DNA from: a virus
Taxonomy: Duplodnaviria > Caudoviricetes
Strand: one strand, 5' to 3'
IMG/VR virus record: IMGVR_UViG_3300047409_000754
Location: 1-52,064 of that record
Length of the DNA stretch: 52,064 nt
Shown one piece after another: positions 35,906-44,718 of the stretch. The position numbers and the translations under genes are program-made. Each line of letters begins with the position of its first letter. Position 1 is the first letter of the stretch. The notes beneath the pieces were generated by a model. The model did not search any database. It saw only the letters and a list, made by a program, of their open reading frames with translations, and was not told where the DNA came from.

Positions 35906-37566
35906 AACGCCGCCGCCGGCTCGGCGACCTGAACCCGGCGCGTCAGATTCTCGATCGTCGACGCACTGACCCCCGCCGCGATGGCCTGCTGCACCAGCGC
36001 CGGGGGCGGCAGCTGGCCAGCGCGCACGACCTGGGCGATCTGCGCCAGCGCGCGGTTTGCGGCCGCTGGAATCTGGCTGGCGATCGTCCCGACCTTGCCG
36101 CCGATGAGTCCGCCGACCGCCGCGCCGGGGAATCCCGCCACGTGATGGCCGATCATCGACCCGACCAGGGCGCCCGTCCCCTTCGCCTTTCCATGGTGCA
36201 GGAGCTCGCCCAGCAAACCATGATCGCGCGGCGGCGGCGCCACCGCCGCCTGCTCGGCGGCATCGTGCAGCTTCGTCAACGCCGAATACCTCTTGTTGAG
36301 CTCGGGCAGAGACTCCAGCGCCTTCGTGCTGTGGGCGTAGTCCTGAAACGGGGTCGAGTTCTGCACGGCCTTCGTATTGCGCACGCCCTCGGCCAGCGAT
36401 CCGATCTCGTCGATCCGCTTGTCGATCACGCGCTGCACCGCCGTCGCCGCGTCCCGCTGCGCTTGCTTGGTCAGCGACGGGTTAATAACGCTGCCGGAGA
36501 ACCCGCGATCCTGCAGCGCCTTGCGCGTCTCCCAGAGCTTGGTCAGCGGTACCCGCCCCTTTTCCCCGAACTGCTCGACGAAGCCATCGGCCTGGTCGTT
36601 GATCAGCTTCTTGAGAGCCTTGTCGGCCGGGTTATTGAACCGGGCGGCGGCGATCCGCAGCGACCGCCTGACGTCGGAGACGGGCGCGCCAAGGGCTACC
36701 GAATCGGCGCTTCGGTAGGCGTCGCCGATCTTCGACCCGGTCGAATCGAGGTCCGTCGCCAGATGAGCCTGGAGCGCCTTGGGGTTTTTGATGGACGCGT
36801 CGAGCGTGGCCGCCAGCTGCGGATCGTTGTGCAGGACGTCGCGCAACGCCTCCTTGCCGATTTCGATCTTCGTGCCGACCGTCTTGTTGCCCAGTTCCTG
36901 GGCGCCTTCGATGATGCGGTCAGCCCGCGCGCGCGTGGCCGAGTCAATGACCGACGTCGCGGCGCGCCTGACGAGCGGCGCCGCCGCTTCGATCCCCTTG
37001 GCCGCGATGCCGCCGACCATGTTCCCGACGGGCAGACCCGCTACCGATCCGGCCGCCTGCGCGCCGGGCGCGAGCTTCGCATCTTCCTCCGACTCCGCCG
37101 CCGGTCCGCCCAGCGCCTCGACGCCGGCGTTCGCGAACGGGATGTTCGCGTTGACCCCGCGCATGAATTCGCGCCCAACCGCCGGGGCCTTGCCGCCGCC
37201 GAACGTGTTGACGGGGTGAACCAGCGCGCGCGCGGCGAAGTCGTTCGCGCCCACGGCCTGCCGGCCCAGGTCGACGAAGCTTTGCCCGAGCTGCTGCGTC
37301 GGCGTCTGTAGTGCCGCGCGCGCGCGCGCCATGGTCGCGGCGTCGGGGCCCTGGTTCAGGGGCGCCGTCGATGCGGTCCCGAGGTCGTCATCGGCCGGCT
37401 CGATGAACCGTTTCCCGGTCTGGCGCGGGAGCGTCGGCACCGGCGGCTCGTCAGCAAAAAGGGCCAGATCTTCGGCGGATGCACCACCGGTTGGGGTCGC
37501 GGCGTGCTTCTTCGGCACCGGCGGCTCCTCGCCGAAGAGCGCGATATCTTCTGCGCTCGCGCCCAT
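35902..37566 (-). CDS. Putative internal virion/ejection protein
   Basis: 554 aa Ala-rich helical with Gly-zipper segments. Confidence 0.6.
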   Translation of the reverse strand: MGASAEDIALFGEEPPVPKKHAATPTGGASAEDLALFADEPPVPTLPRQTGKRFIEPADDDLGTASTAPLNQGPDAATMARARAALQTPTQQLGQSFVDLGRQAVGANDFAARALVHPVNTFGGGKAPAVGREFMRGVNANIPFANAGVEALGGPAAESEEDAKLAPGAQAAGSVAGLPVGNMVGGIAAKGIEAAAPLVRRAATSVIDSATRARADRIIEGAQELGNKTVGTKIEIGKEALRDVLHNDPQLAATLDASIKNPKALQAHLATDLDSTGSKIGDAYRSADSVALGAPVSDVRRSLRIAAARFNNPADKALKKLINDQADGFVEQFGEKGRVPLTKLWETRKALQDRGFSGSVINPSLTKQAQRDAATAVQRVIDKRIDEIGSLAEGVRNTKAVQNSTPFQDYAHSTKALESLPELNKRYSALTKLHDAAEQAAVAPPPRDHGLLGELLHHGKAKGTGALVGSMIGHHVAGFPGAAVGGLIGGKVGTIASQIPAAANRALAQIAQVVRAGQLPPPALVQQAIAAGVSASTIENLTRRVQVAEPAAAF

Positions 37567-39380
37567 CAGTGCCCGATGTCGTCGACGGCCGAGCCGCCGT
37601 TGTTCGCGATGCTGTCGAGGTACTGCTTCGCGCGCGCGCGCGCCAGCGTCGGCGCCTTCGGATCGTTCAGGACGCGCTGAGCCGCGGCAGCCTTGCCGCC
37701 GGGCACCGCCGTTGCGCCGCCGCCCCCCTCGAGACCGGCCGTACGCTGTTTGCCGATGCCCTTGGGATCCTGGATCGCGCGCTGCTCGGCGACAAGACCT
37801 GGTAGCGCCTTCTCGCGGCGCCGCACTTCGGCCTCGGACAGGCCAGGGATGTAGGGGCTGTACCGATCGCGGTACTGCTCGAGCGTCTCGATGTTCTTGC
37901 CCTGCTGCATCTCGGTCAGGTGTGTGATCACCTGCTCGGCGGCCGTCACCTTCTTTTGCTGATCTTCGGGGATCCCGTCGTAGCGCCCGCGCGCCGTCAA
38001 GCCGATGCCGCGCGAGAAGCGCGCACCCAGGTTGCCGAGTACGCCACTGGTCGCCGAGTGCTCCGCGCCCTTGGCCTGCTCCTCGTTGCTCTGGAGCTTA
38101 TTGATCGTGTCCATCGAGACGACGCCTGGCGTGATGTCCTTGGCGGCCTTCTCGGCCTCGGCGAGGTTCCCGAGCACTGCGTTCTGCCGAACGCTGCCCA
38201 TGCTCCCGCCCGCGCCGCCGTTCGCGGCCTTCTCGGATGCGCGCACGTTCGCAAGCGACGGGAGATAATCCTTCGGCTTCATGCCGAGTTGGGCAGCCCG
38301 CGCGGCGATCTCACTGTCGGGCGCGCCGTCCTCCTTCATCTTCACGAGCTCAGGAACGCCTTTCGCGGCTGCGCCGCCGGTCCCCACACGCCCCATCTTG
38401 CGCGCGTACGCCTCGGCCTTCAGCCGCTCGTCGGCCTCCTTCTGCTTTTCGATCTCCAGCTTCGCATCCTCGAGATTCATCGAGTGGACGTCCTTGAGCG
38501 TCCCGAGGCGAAGCTGGTTCGCCTTCTGCTTGAGCGCGACCACGTCGGCATCGTTCTGCGCCTGCTCGACGGGAACGCCCTGGCGCACCCGAAGCGCCGC
38601 AAGCTTGGCGGCAGCAGCATCGGTCGCGGCGGCTTCCTTCAGCTTGGCGTCGCTGAGCGCCTGTTCCTTCTCGGTGAGGCCCGCCTTGTACTGCTCATTT
38701 GCGGCGCCAACGTTCGCCTTCTGCTTTTCGATCCGCGCCTGCTGCATGCGGAAATCGCGCTCGATCGCCTGATTGATCATGTTCAGGCCGGCGTTGCCGC
38801 TGTTGTCGGTGCGCCCGACCGCGCCGAGGATCATCGCCAACCCGCCGAGCACCTTGGACCCAGTCGACTTGTCGGCCCAATAGTCATGAAGATCCATCTT
38901 CATGAACTTTTCGTTTTCGCCCTGCGCGCGATCCGCCCACTGCTGCGTCTTCTGGTTCGCGGCCTGCGTGATCTGCGCCTGCTCGTCAGCGGCGTCCTGC
39001 CGGCGCTGGGCGTCGGCGTCCATGGCGTCGGCAGTCGCGTTGCCCGCCGCCGCCTTCACGTCGCCCAACTTATGCTGGGCGGCTACGTCGTCGGCGCCGA
39101 GTTGCTGCTGGTCAGCGTATCCCTGTGCGGTCTGTTGAGACACGTTGACGGGCGGGGCCGCCGCGGGCGCTTGCGGCTGTTGCGGCGCGCTTGGCGTTGC
39201 ACGTGGAACCATGCCGGGCGCTTCGGACGGAACTTCTGGCGGCCACACGTCTGGCATCCGGCCGTTGCTGGCGCCGGCCGGCAGAGGCTGCGCGTTCACG
39301 CGGTCGACGATCGTCTCGGGCTCGGGCCCCTCGTAAACGGGCGGCTTCTTGTCCTCGTCCTCTTCTTCGTCACCGATCAT
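37566..39380 (-). CDS. Putative internal virion/ejection protein
   Basis: 604 aa A/Q-rich coiled coil with a hydrophobic GGLAMILGAVG segment. Confidence 0.6.
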   Translation of the reverse strand: MIGDEEEDEDKKPPVYEGPEPETIVDRVNAQPLPAGASNGRMPDVWPPEVPSEAPGMVPRATPSAPQQPQAPAAAPPVNVSQQTAQGYADQQQLGADDVAAQHKLGDVKAAAGNATADAMDADAQRRQDAADEQAQITQAANQKTQQWADRAQGENEKFMKMDLHDYWADKSTGSKVLGGLAMILGAVGRTDNSGNAGLNMINQAIERDFRMQQARIEKQKANVGAANEQYKAGLTEKEQALSDAKLKEAAATDAAAAKLAALRVRQGVPVEQAQNDADVVALKQKANQLRLGTLKDVHSMNLEDAKLEIEKQKEADERLKAEAYARKMGRVGTGGAAAKGVPELVKMKEDGAPDSEIAARAAQLGMKPKDYLPSLANVRASEKAANGGAGGSMGSVRQNAVLGNLAEAEKAAKDITPGVVSMDTINKLQSNEEQAKGAEHSATSGVLGNLGARFSRGIGLTARGRYDGIPEDQQKKVTAAEQVITHLTEMQQGKNIETLEQYRDRYSPYIPGLSEAEVRRREKALPGLVAEQRAIQDPKGIGKQRTAGLEGGGGATAVPGGKAAAAQRVLNDPKAPTLARARAKQYLDSIANNGGSAVDDIGH

Positions 39381-42238
39381 CGGCGTTGCTCCATCTTGTC
39401 GACGCGCTTGCCGAGGTCAGCGATCGCGGCGAGCAACGCCGACGTCGCGCTGGGGATGTCGATCGCCTTGCCGGCGGGCGTCTCGCGGACCATCGTCCTG
39501 CCCACGCGCGACTTCTCGACGTCCTGAGCCATCGGACCGACGCGCGGCTGGCTGGTGCCCTTGTACTTCCAGGACTGCGGCTGGATCGCCTGGTAAAAGG
39601 CGTTCATATCGTCGTCCGAGACGGTGGACACGTCCTTCTTCGCGCGCCGATCGCTGAGCATCGAGGCGACGCCCAGGCCGGTGGACAGCAGGTTCATGGT
39701 CTGCTGCGTCTTCTGGTTCTGCGCCTGGATCGCCCCGACCTGCGCGCTGACGTCGTTCTGATTCGCCTGCAACGTCTGGTTGCCGACCACCTGCTGCTTG
39801 TTGATGTCCTGGCCGGTGGTCGTGAGCGCGCTGGTCTGATTGTTGGCGTTCGCGGCCTGCTGGTTGGCTGCATTTGCGAGCGCGGTCTGCTGCTGCAACG
39901 TCGCGTTCTGGGCGTTCGCGGCCTGCTGGTTCTGCGCGGTGAGCGCGGCGGCGGCTTGCTGCTGCGCCGAGTTCTGAGCCGCGGCGGCTTGCGCCTGCGC
40001 CGAAGTCTGGCTGAGCGCCTGCTGCTGGTTGGCCGCGTTCGCGAGGTTGACCCCTTGCGCGTTGTTGACGTTCGTCAGGCCGGCCTGCTGCTGGTTCGCT
40101 GCGTTCGCAAGCGCGGTCTGCTGCGCCTGCTGGGAGGTCTGGGACAGCGCGGCCTGTTGATTGGCGGCGTTCGCGAGGTTGACGGCCTGCGCGTTGGCGG
40201 CATTGGCGGCGCTTGCGGCCTGCGCCTGCTGGGCGTTCTGCGAGTTGGCGGCCTGGCCGAAGCCGGCGGCCTGCTGCGCCGATGCGTTTTGCGCCGCCGC
40301 GTTCTGGGCGCTGGCGTTGTTCTGCGCCGCCGCGCCGAACTGGTTCGCGGCCTGTTCGTTCGCGGCGTTCGCGAGCGAGGCGGCCTGCTGCTGGGCGGAG
40401 GTCTGCGAAAGGGCCGATTGCTGGTTGGCGACGTTCGTCGCGGCCGTCTGCTGCTGGATCTGCTGGTTCTGGACCGCCGCCGCCTGCGCCTGCGCGGCGT
40501 TCTGGGCATTTGCGGCCTGAATCTGCTGCGAGAGTAGAACGTCGGCCGACTGCTGATTCCCGGCATTGAAGGCCGACGCGGCCTGCGCCTGCTGCGCGTT
40601 CTGCGATGCGGCGGCCTGCTGAACCTGCTGGTTCTGGATCGCGGCCTGCTGCCCGAGCTGCGCGTTCGTGGCGCTCGCGCCTTGCTGGTTGGCGGCGTTG
40701 AACTGGTTGGTCGCGTTCTGCGCCGCAACGTTGGTCTGCGACGCCCCCTGCTGGTTGGCGGCGTTCTGCCCAGCCAGGGTGACGTCGGTCCCGCGCGCCG
40801 CCTCGAGCACGCTCCCAAGCTGGCCGCGCGCGGCGGTCTGTTCCTGCGCCCGAAGCAGTGCCGACGCGGCTGCCTGCTGGGCGCCGAGCTGGCCGATGTT
40901 GTTCATCGCGGTCCGCATCGCCAGCGCCTGGTTCCCGCCGCGACCCATGGCCGCCGCGAGCCCCTGCTGCTGGGCCATCTGCTGGCCGAACGCCTGGCGC
41001 TGCTGGAGCTCGGCCACCGATGGCGTGTTGCCGGCGATGACCCCGCTGATGTTCGTCGCGAGATCGGCCTGCTGCTGGCGGAACTGCGCCTGCCGCGCGT
41101 CGTCGAGCTGCGCGGCGGTCATCTGCGCGGCGGCGATCGGCCCGGCGGCGGTCATCTGCGACGCCGCGATGGGCGCCGCGGCCTGCATCTGGGAGGCCGC
41201 CATCTGGGACGCGTTGATCGGTCCCGCCGCCTCCATCCGGGACGCGGCGATGTTCTGCGCGGCCTGCATCTGCGCCGAGTCGGCGCGCGCGGCTTGCATC
41301 TGCGACGCCGGCATTCCGACGGCGCTCATCATCGCGACCTGGGCGGCTTCCGCCGGCGACATGGACGCCGCCTGAACCTGGGGCGCGTTGCCGGCCTGCG
41401 CGGCCTGCGCGGCCTGCGCGAACGCCTGCGCGGCGGTCATCTGCGGGGCCTGCGCCGCCTGCGCCGCCGTCGCCGCCTGCGCGTCCATGAACGATGGGTT
41501 CACCCCGACGCCGGCCGGCATCGCGGCGGCGGCGGACTGCGCCGCGGTCATCTGCGGGGGCACGCCGGGCTTGAGACCCTGCAACTGGGCGAGGAACTGC
41601 TGCTCGAGCGCCTGCGCGTCGGCGCTGGCCTTGCTGAGGCCGCCCAGGTTTGGGCCGGCGAGCGAGCCGCCCAGGCCCGTGATCAGCTTGCCCAGATCGC
41701 CCAGGCCGCCGGTGAGATCGGGCGCGCCGGGACCGGTGACCGGCGCCGTGACGCCCGGAACGCCCGCCGGCACGCCCGCGCCGGTGGCGACGGCATCGGT
41801 CGTTGCGCCTTGAACGATATTCCCGTTGGCGTCGACCGTCGGCAGCGTCCCGAAGGTGGCGCCGGCGCCGAAGTCCGCGCCCGCCTTGGCGAGGTCGCCG
41901 TGCGCGATGTCGACGCCCGCGTTGACCGTGCCGGCGATCGGGTTGTTGGCGGCGACGGCGTCGACGATCTTGTTGGCGGTGCTCGCCGTCGACGCCTGGG
42001 AGGCGGCGGCGGTCGCGTCCGCCGATGCGATTTCCGCCGCGATCGTCGCCGGATCGTTCGCCTTGGCCTGCGCCGCCAGCTGGGCGGCCGTCATGATGAT
42101 CTTGCCGAGGGCGTCTACGAGGTTGCCGTTGGCGTCGATGTGCGTCGCGGGCGCGGTCGACCCTGCCGGCAACGGCGTCGGGGTCGAACTGGTCGGCGGG
42201 GGCGAGGTTCCTGGGTTCGCGCCGGGCTGAAATCCCAT
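39377..42238 (-). CDS. A/Q/N-repeat ejection (pilot-like) protein with C-terminal intramolecular chaperone (peptidase S74-like)
   Basis: SDRRAKKDV...WKYK...VGPMAQDVE; LANAANQQ-type repeats. Confidence 0.7.
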   Translation of the reverse strand: MGFQPGANPGTSPPPTSSTPTPLPAGSTAPATHIDANGNLVDALGKIIMTAAQLAAQAKANDPATIAAEIASADATAAASQASTASTANKIVDAVAANNPIAGTVNAGVDIAHGDLAKAGADFGAGATFGTLPTVDANGNIVQGATTDAVATGAGVPAGVPGVTAPVTGPGAPDLTGGLGDLGKLITGLGGSLAGPNLGGLSKASADAQALEQQFLAQLQGLKPGVPPQMTAAQSAAAAMPAGVGVNPSFMDAQAATAAQAAQAPQMTAAQAFAQAAQAAQAGNAPQVQAASMSPAEAAQVAMMSAVGMPASQMQAARADSAQMQAAQNIAASRMEAAGPINASQMAASQMQAAAPIAASQMTAAGPIAAAQMTAAQLDDARQAQFRQQQADLATNISGVIAGNTPSVAELQQRQAFGQQMAQQQGLAAAMGRGGNQALAMRTAMNNIGQLGAQQAAASALLRAQEQTAARGQLGSVLEAARGTDVTLAGQNAANQQGASQTNVAAQNATNQFNAANQQGASATNAQLGQQAAIQNQQVQQAAASQNAQQAQAASAFNAGNQQSADVLLSQQIQAANAQNAAQAQAAAVQNQQIQQQTAATNVANQQSALSQTSAQQQAASLANAANEQAANQFGAAAQNNASAQNAAAQNASAQQAAGFGQAANSQNAQQAQAASAANAANAQAVNLANAANQQAALSQTSQQAQQTALANAANQQQAGLTNVNNAQGVNLANAANQQQALSQTSAQAQAAAAQNSAQQQAAAALTAQNQQAANAQNATLQQQTALANAANQQAANANNQTSALTTTGQDINKQQVVGNQTLQANQNDVSAQVGAIQAQNQKTQQTMNLLSTGLGVASMLSDRRAKKDVSTVSDDDMNAFYQAIQPQSWKYKGTSQPRVGPMAQDVEKSRVGRTMVRETPAGKAIDIPSATSALLAAIADLGKRVDKMEQRR

Positions 42239-42244
42239 CTCACC

Positions 42245-42262
42245 AAAGCGCCCTCGTACCCA
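42245..42262 (-). promoter_or_regulatory. Putative late-promoter motif, copy 4
   Basis: Identical to copy 1, including GGTGAGATGG. Confidence 0.65.
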
Positions 42263-42278
42263 AGGCTGTAATTTTTTA

Positions 42279-42307
42279 TTGCATTCCTAATCCTGTTCCC
42301 CTACAGA
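42279..42307 (+). promoter_or_regulatory. Possible sigma70 promoter for the Y RNA-Ro60 unit
   Basis: TTGCAT-N17-TACAGA with an upstream AT tract. Confidence 0.4.
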
Positions 42308-42314
42308 CGTTCTC

Positions 42315-42383
42315 GCTGGTCGGACCGTTGACTTTGGGTTCTCTCGATAAGAACCCCCAGGGTCGCAACCTTGCCCGATTGGC
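42315..42383 (+). ncRNA. Minimal Y-RNA-like hairpin
   Basis: GCTGGTCGG/CCGATTGGC outer stem; GACTTTGGG/CCCAGGGTC inner helix followed by TTCTCTCG; next to Ro60. Confidence 0.55.
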
Positions 42384-42391
42384 ACCAACAC

Positions 42392-42518
42392 GGGTGGCGT
42401 AGCTCAGTGGTAGAGCGCGCATCCGGTCCCTAAATTTTGTTCGTGAAAACGAGCCGCTTGGAGCCGGTTATCTTCAACAGATCGAGGTCGTTGGTTCGAG
42501 TCCAACCGCCGCCCACCA
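42392..42518 (+). ncRNA. tRNA-like Y RNA (YrlA-like, circularly permuted, CCA end)
   Basis: 8-bp acceptor plus ACCA, canonical D and T arms, anticodon arm replaced by a ~65-nt domain with a CCGG/CCGGTTATCTTC helix. Confidence 0.7.
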
Positions 42519-42531
42519 ATCGAGGAACGCA

Positions 42532-44142
42532 ATGAACTACGCGAAGCACATGACGTCGACGCAGCGCGAGCCCCTGCCCGGACAGGTCCCGAACAGCGCC
42601 GGCGGGTTCACCTTCCCCGTCGATGACTGGACCCAGCTCGATCGCTTCCTGATCCTGGGCGCCGAGGGCGGCAGCTACTACGCGTCCGAGCGGGAGCTGA
42701 CGAAGGCGAACGCCGCCGCCGTCCAGCGCTGCATCGACGCCGACGGGGGCCGCGCCGTCGCGCGCATCGTTGAGATCTCAGACGCCGGGCGCGCGCCGAA
42801 GAACGACCCGGCGCTGTTCGCGCTGGCGCTGGCGGCCAAGTGCGGCAACTTCGAGACCCGGCGCGCCGCCTTCGCGGCGGTCACGCGCGTGGCGCGCATC
42901 GGAACGCACCTGTTCCACTTCGCCGAGTACGTCAACGCGCTCGGCGGCTGGGGCCGGGGCACGATGGGGGCGTTCGCGCGTTGGTACGGCGAGATGCCGA
43001 CGTTCCGGCTCGCCGAGCAGGCGATCAAGTACCAGCAGCGGGACGGCTGGGCCCACCGCGATCTCCTGCGCAAGGCGCATCCGAAGACGACCGACGAGAC
43101 GCGGAACGCGATCTTCAACTGGATGGTCAAGGGTTGGCCGTCGGTCGGGCCCGAGCCGCACCCGGATGCGGCGCTGTCGAAGATCTGGGCCTTCGAGAAG
43201 GCGAAGACGGCGCGCGGCGCCGAGCTCGTGCGCCTCATCGAGGAGTACCGGCTGCCGCACGAGTGCGTGCCGAACGAGGCGAAGGGCGATCCGAACGTGT
43301 GGGCCGCGATGCTGCCGTCGATGGGGCTGACGGCGCTGATCCGCAACCTCGGCAAGATGACGGCCGTCGACCTCATCGCTCCGCTCAGCGCCGCCGGGCG
43401 CGCGGTGGCGGACCGGCTCGCGGACGCGGACGCGATCAAGGCGGCACGGGTCCATCCGCTCCAGATCCTCGTCGCGCTCAGCATCTACGCGCGCGGCGCC
43501 GGCGAGAAGGGGTCCTTGACCTGGACGCCGGCCCAGGCGGTCGTCACCGCGCTCGACGACGCCTTCTATCTCGCATTCAAGGCGGTCGAGCCGACGGGGA
43601 AGCGCACCTTGCTCGCGCTGGACATCTCAGGTTCGATGGACAACTCCGCCATCGCCGGCATGCCGGGGATCTCCCCGCGGGTCGGGTCGGCGGCGATGGC
43701 GTTGATCACGGCGAACGTCGAGACCGATCACGCCTTCGTCGGGTTCACCAGCTCGACGGGCCAGCACAACATCAGCGAGAGGGGTATCTCCCAGCTCAGC
43801 ATCTCGCCGCGCCAGCGCCTCGACGATGTCGTGCGCTACACGGCCCAGCTGCCCATGGGCGGCACCGACTGCTCGCTGCCGATGATGTGGGCGACGCTCA
43901 CGAAGACGCCGGTGGACACATTCGTCATCTACACCGATAGCGAGACCTGGGCCGGCAACGTGCAGCCCGTCGACGCGCTCCGCGAGTACCGCCAGAAGAC
44001 TGGGATCCCCGCGAAGATGATCGTGGTCGGCATGGTCTCGAATGGCTTCACGCTCGCAGATCCGCGGGACGGCGGGATGCTGGACGTCGTCGGTTTCGAT
44101 ACCGCGGCGCCGGCGGTCATGGCAGATTTCGCGCGTGCCTGA
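42532..44142 (+). CDS. rsr: Ro60/TROVE-domain RNA-binding protein
   Basis: NSAGGF, RFLILGAEGGSYY, KYQQRDGWAHRDLLR, IRNLGKMT, vWA MIDAS DISGSM, GGTDC, YTDSETW, DVVGFD. Confidence 0.95.
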   Translation: MNYAKHMTSTQREPLPGQVPNSAGGFTFPVDDWTQLDRFLILGAEGGSYYASERELTKANAAAVQRCIDADGGRAVARIVEISDAGRAPKNDPALFALALAAKCGNFETRRAAFAAVTRVARIGTHLFHFAEYVNALGGWGRGTMGAFARWYGEMPTFRLAEQAIKYQQRDGWAHRDLLRKAHPKTTDETRNAIFNWMVKGWPSVGPEPHPDAALSKIWAFEKAKTARGAELVRLIEEYRLPHECVPNEAKGDPNVWAAMLPSMGLTALIRNLGKMTAVDLIAPLSAAGRAVADRLADADAIKAARVHPLQILVALSIYARGAGEKGSLTWTPAQAVVTALDDAFYLAFKAVEPTGKRTLLALDISGSMDNSAIAGMPGISPRVGSAAMALITANVETDHAFVGFTSSTGQHNISERGISQLSISPRQRLDDVVRYTAQLPMGGTDCSLPMMWATLTKTPVDTFVIYTDSETWAGNVQPVDALREYRQKTGIPAKMIVVGMVSNGFTLADPRDGGMLDVVGFDTAAPAVMADFARA

Positions 44143-44335
44143 CAGCGCCGCCGAACGCATCGAGGCGGTCCTGCGCGCCGCCGAGGCGCCGCTTTCGATC
44201 GACGAGATCTGCGACGCGGCGTTCGAGCGGCGCGGCGCGCGCGAGCGGAACATCGTCCGGGTCACCATGCATCGCCTTGACGCGCGGGGACTACTCCAGA
44301 AGCACCCGCGGACCTACTCGCTCAAGCCCGCTTGA
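44135..44335 (+). CDS. Small winged-HTH protein
   Basis: GTG start overlapping the Ro60 end; LSIDEICDAAF...IVRVTMHRLDARGLL. Confidence 0.55.
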   Translation: MPDSAAERIEAVLRAAEAPLSIDEICDAAFERRGARERNIVRVTMHRLDARGLLQKHPRTYSLKPA

Positions 44336-44361
44336 CGGGGCTGACGGGCGTAACGTAGTAT
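44332..44361 (+). promoter_or_regulatory. Sigma70 promoter for a leaderless lipoprotein gene
   Basis: TTGACG-N18-TAGTAT, 6 nt before ATG 44368. Confidence 0.55.
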
Positions 44362-44367
44362 TACGGA

Positions 44368-44718
44368 ATGAACCGAGCGCTGGTCATTCTGGTCCTGGCG
44401 TTGGCGTCCTGCGGCGGTCGCCCCCTCGAGCCTGGGCGCCGCGGCTGCGAGGGGCTGCAGGGGAACTACCTGGCGCACGCCGAGCAGATGAGCGGGACCT
44501 GTGGCAATGTCGGCGACGGCGTCGGCCCGCTGACATCGTTCGCCGACGCGTGCACCGGTCAGATCGTGGGCCCCAGCACCACCGGGACCGTCACCTGGAC
44601 GACCGAGGCTAGCTATGACGCCGATGGGGAAACCGGGGAGGCCGTGGCCACGCTGGTGCGAACCGGGCTCAACCCGTGCGCCAGCGAGTACCAGGTCACG
44701 CTCACTCGGCAGCCCTAG
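44368..44718 (+). CDS. Cys-rich lipoprotein (moron)
   Basis: Lipobox LASC. Confidence 0.7.
   Translation: MNRALVILVLALASCGGRPLEPGRRGCEGLQGNYLAHAEQMSGTCGNVGDGVGPLTSFADACTGQIVGPSTTGTVTWTTEASYDADGETGEAVATLVRTGLNPCASEYQVTLTRQP

Noticed and set aside
42392-42518. Ordinary, intron-containing or selenocysteine tRNA
   Set aside because: No anticodon stem-loop or UCA anticodon, and the insert is far too short for a group I intron; adjacency to Ro60 favours a Y RNA
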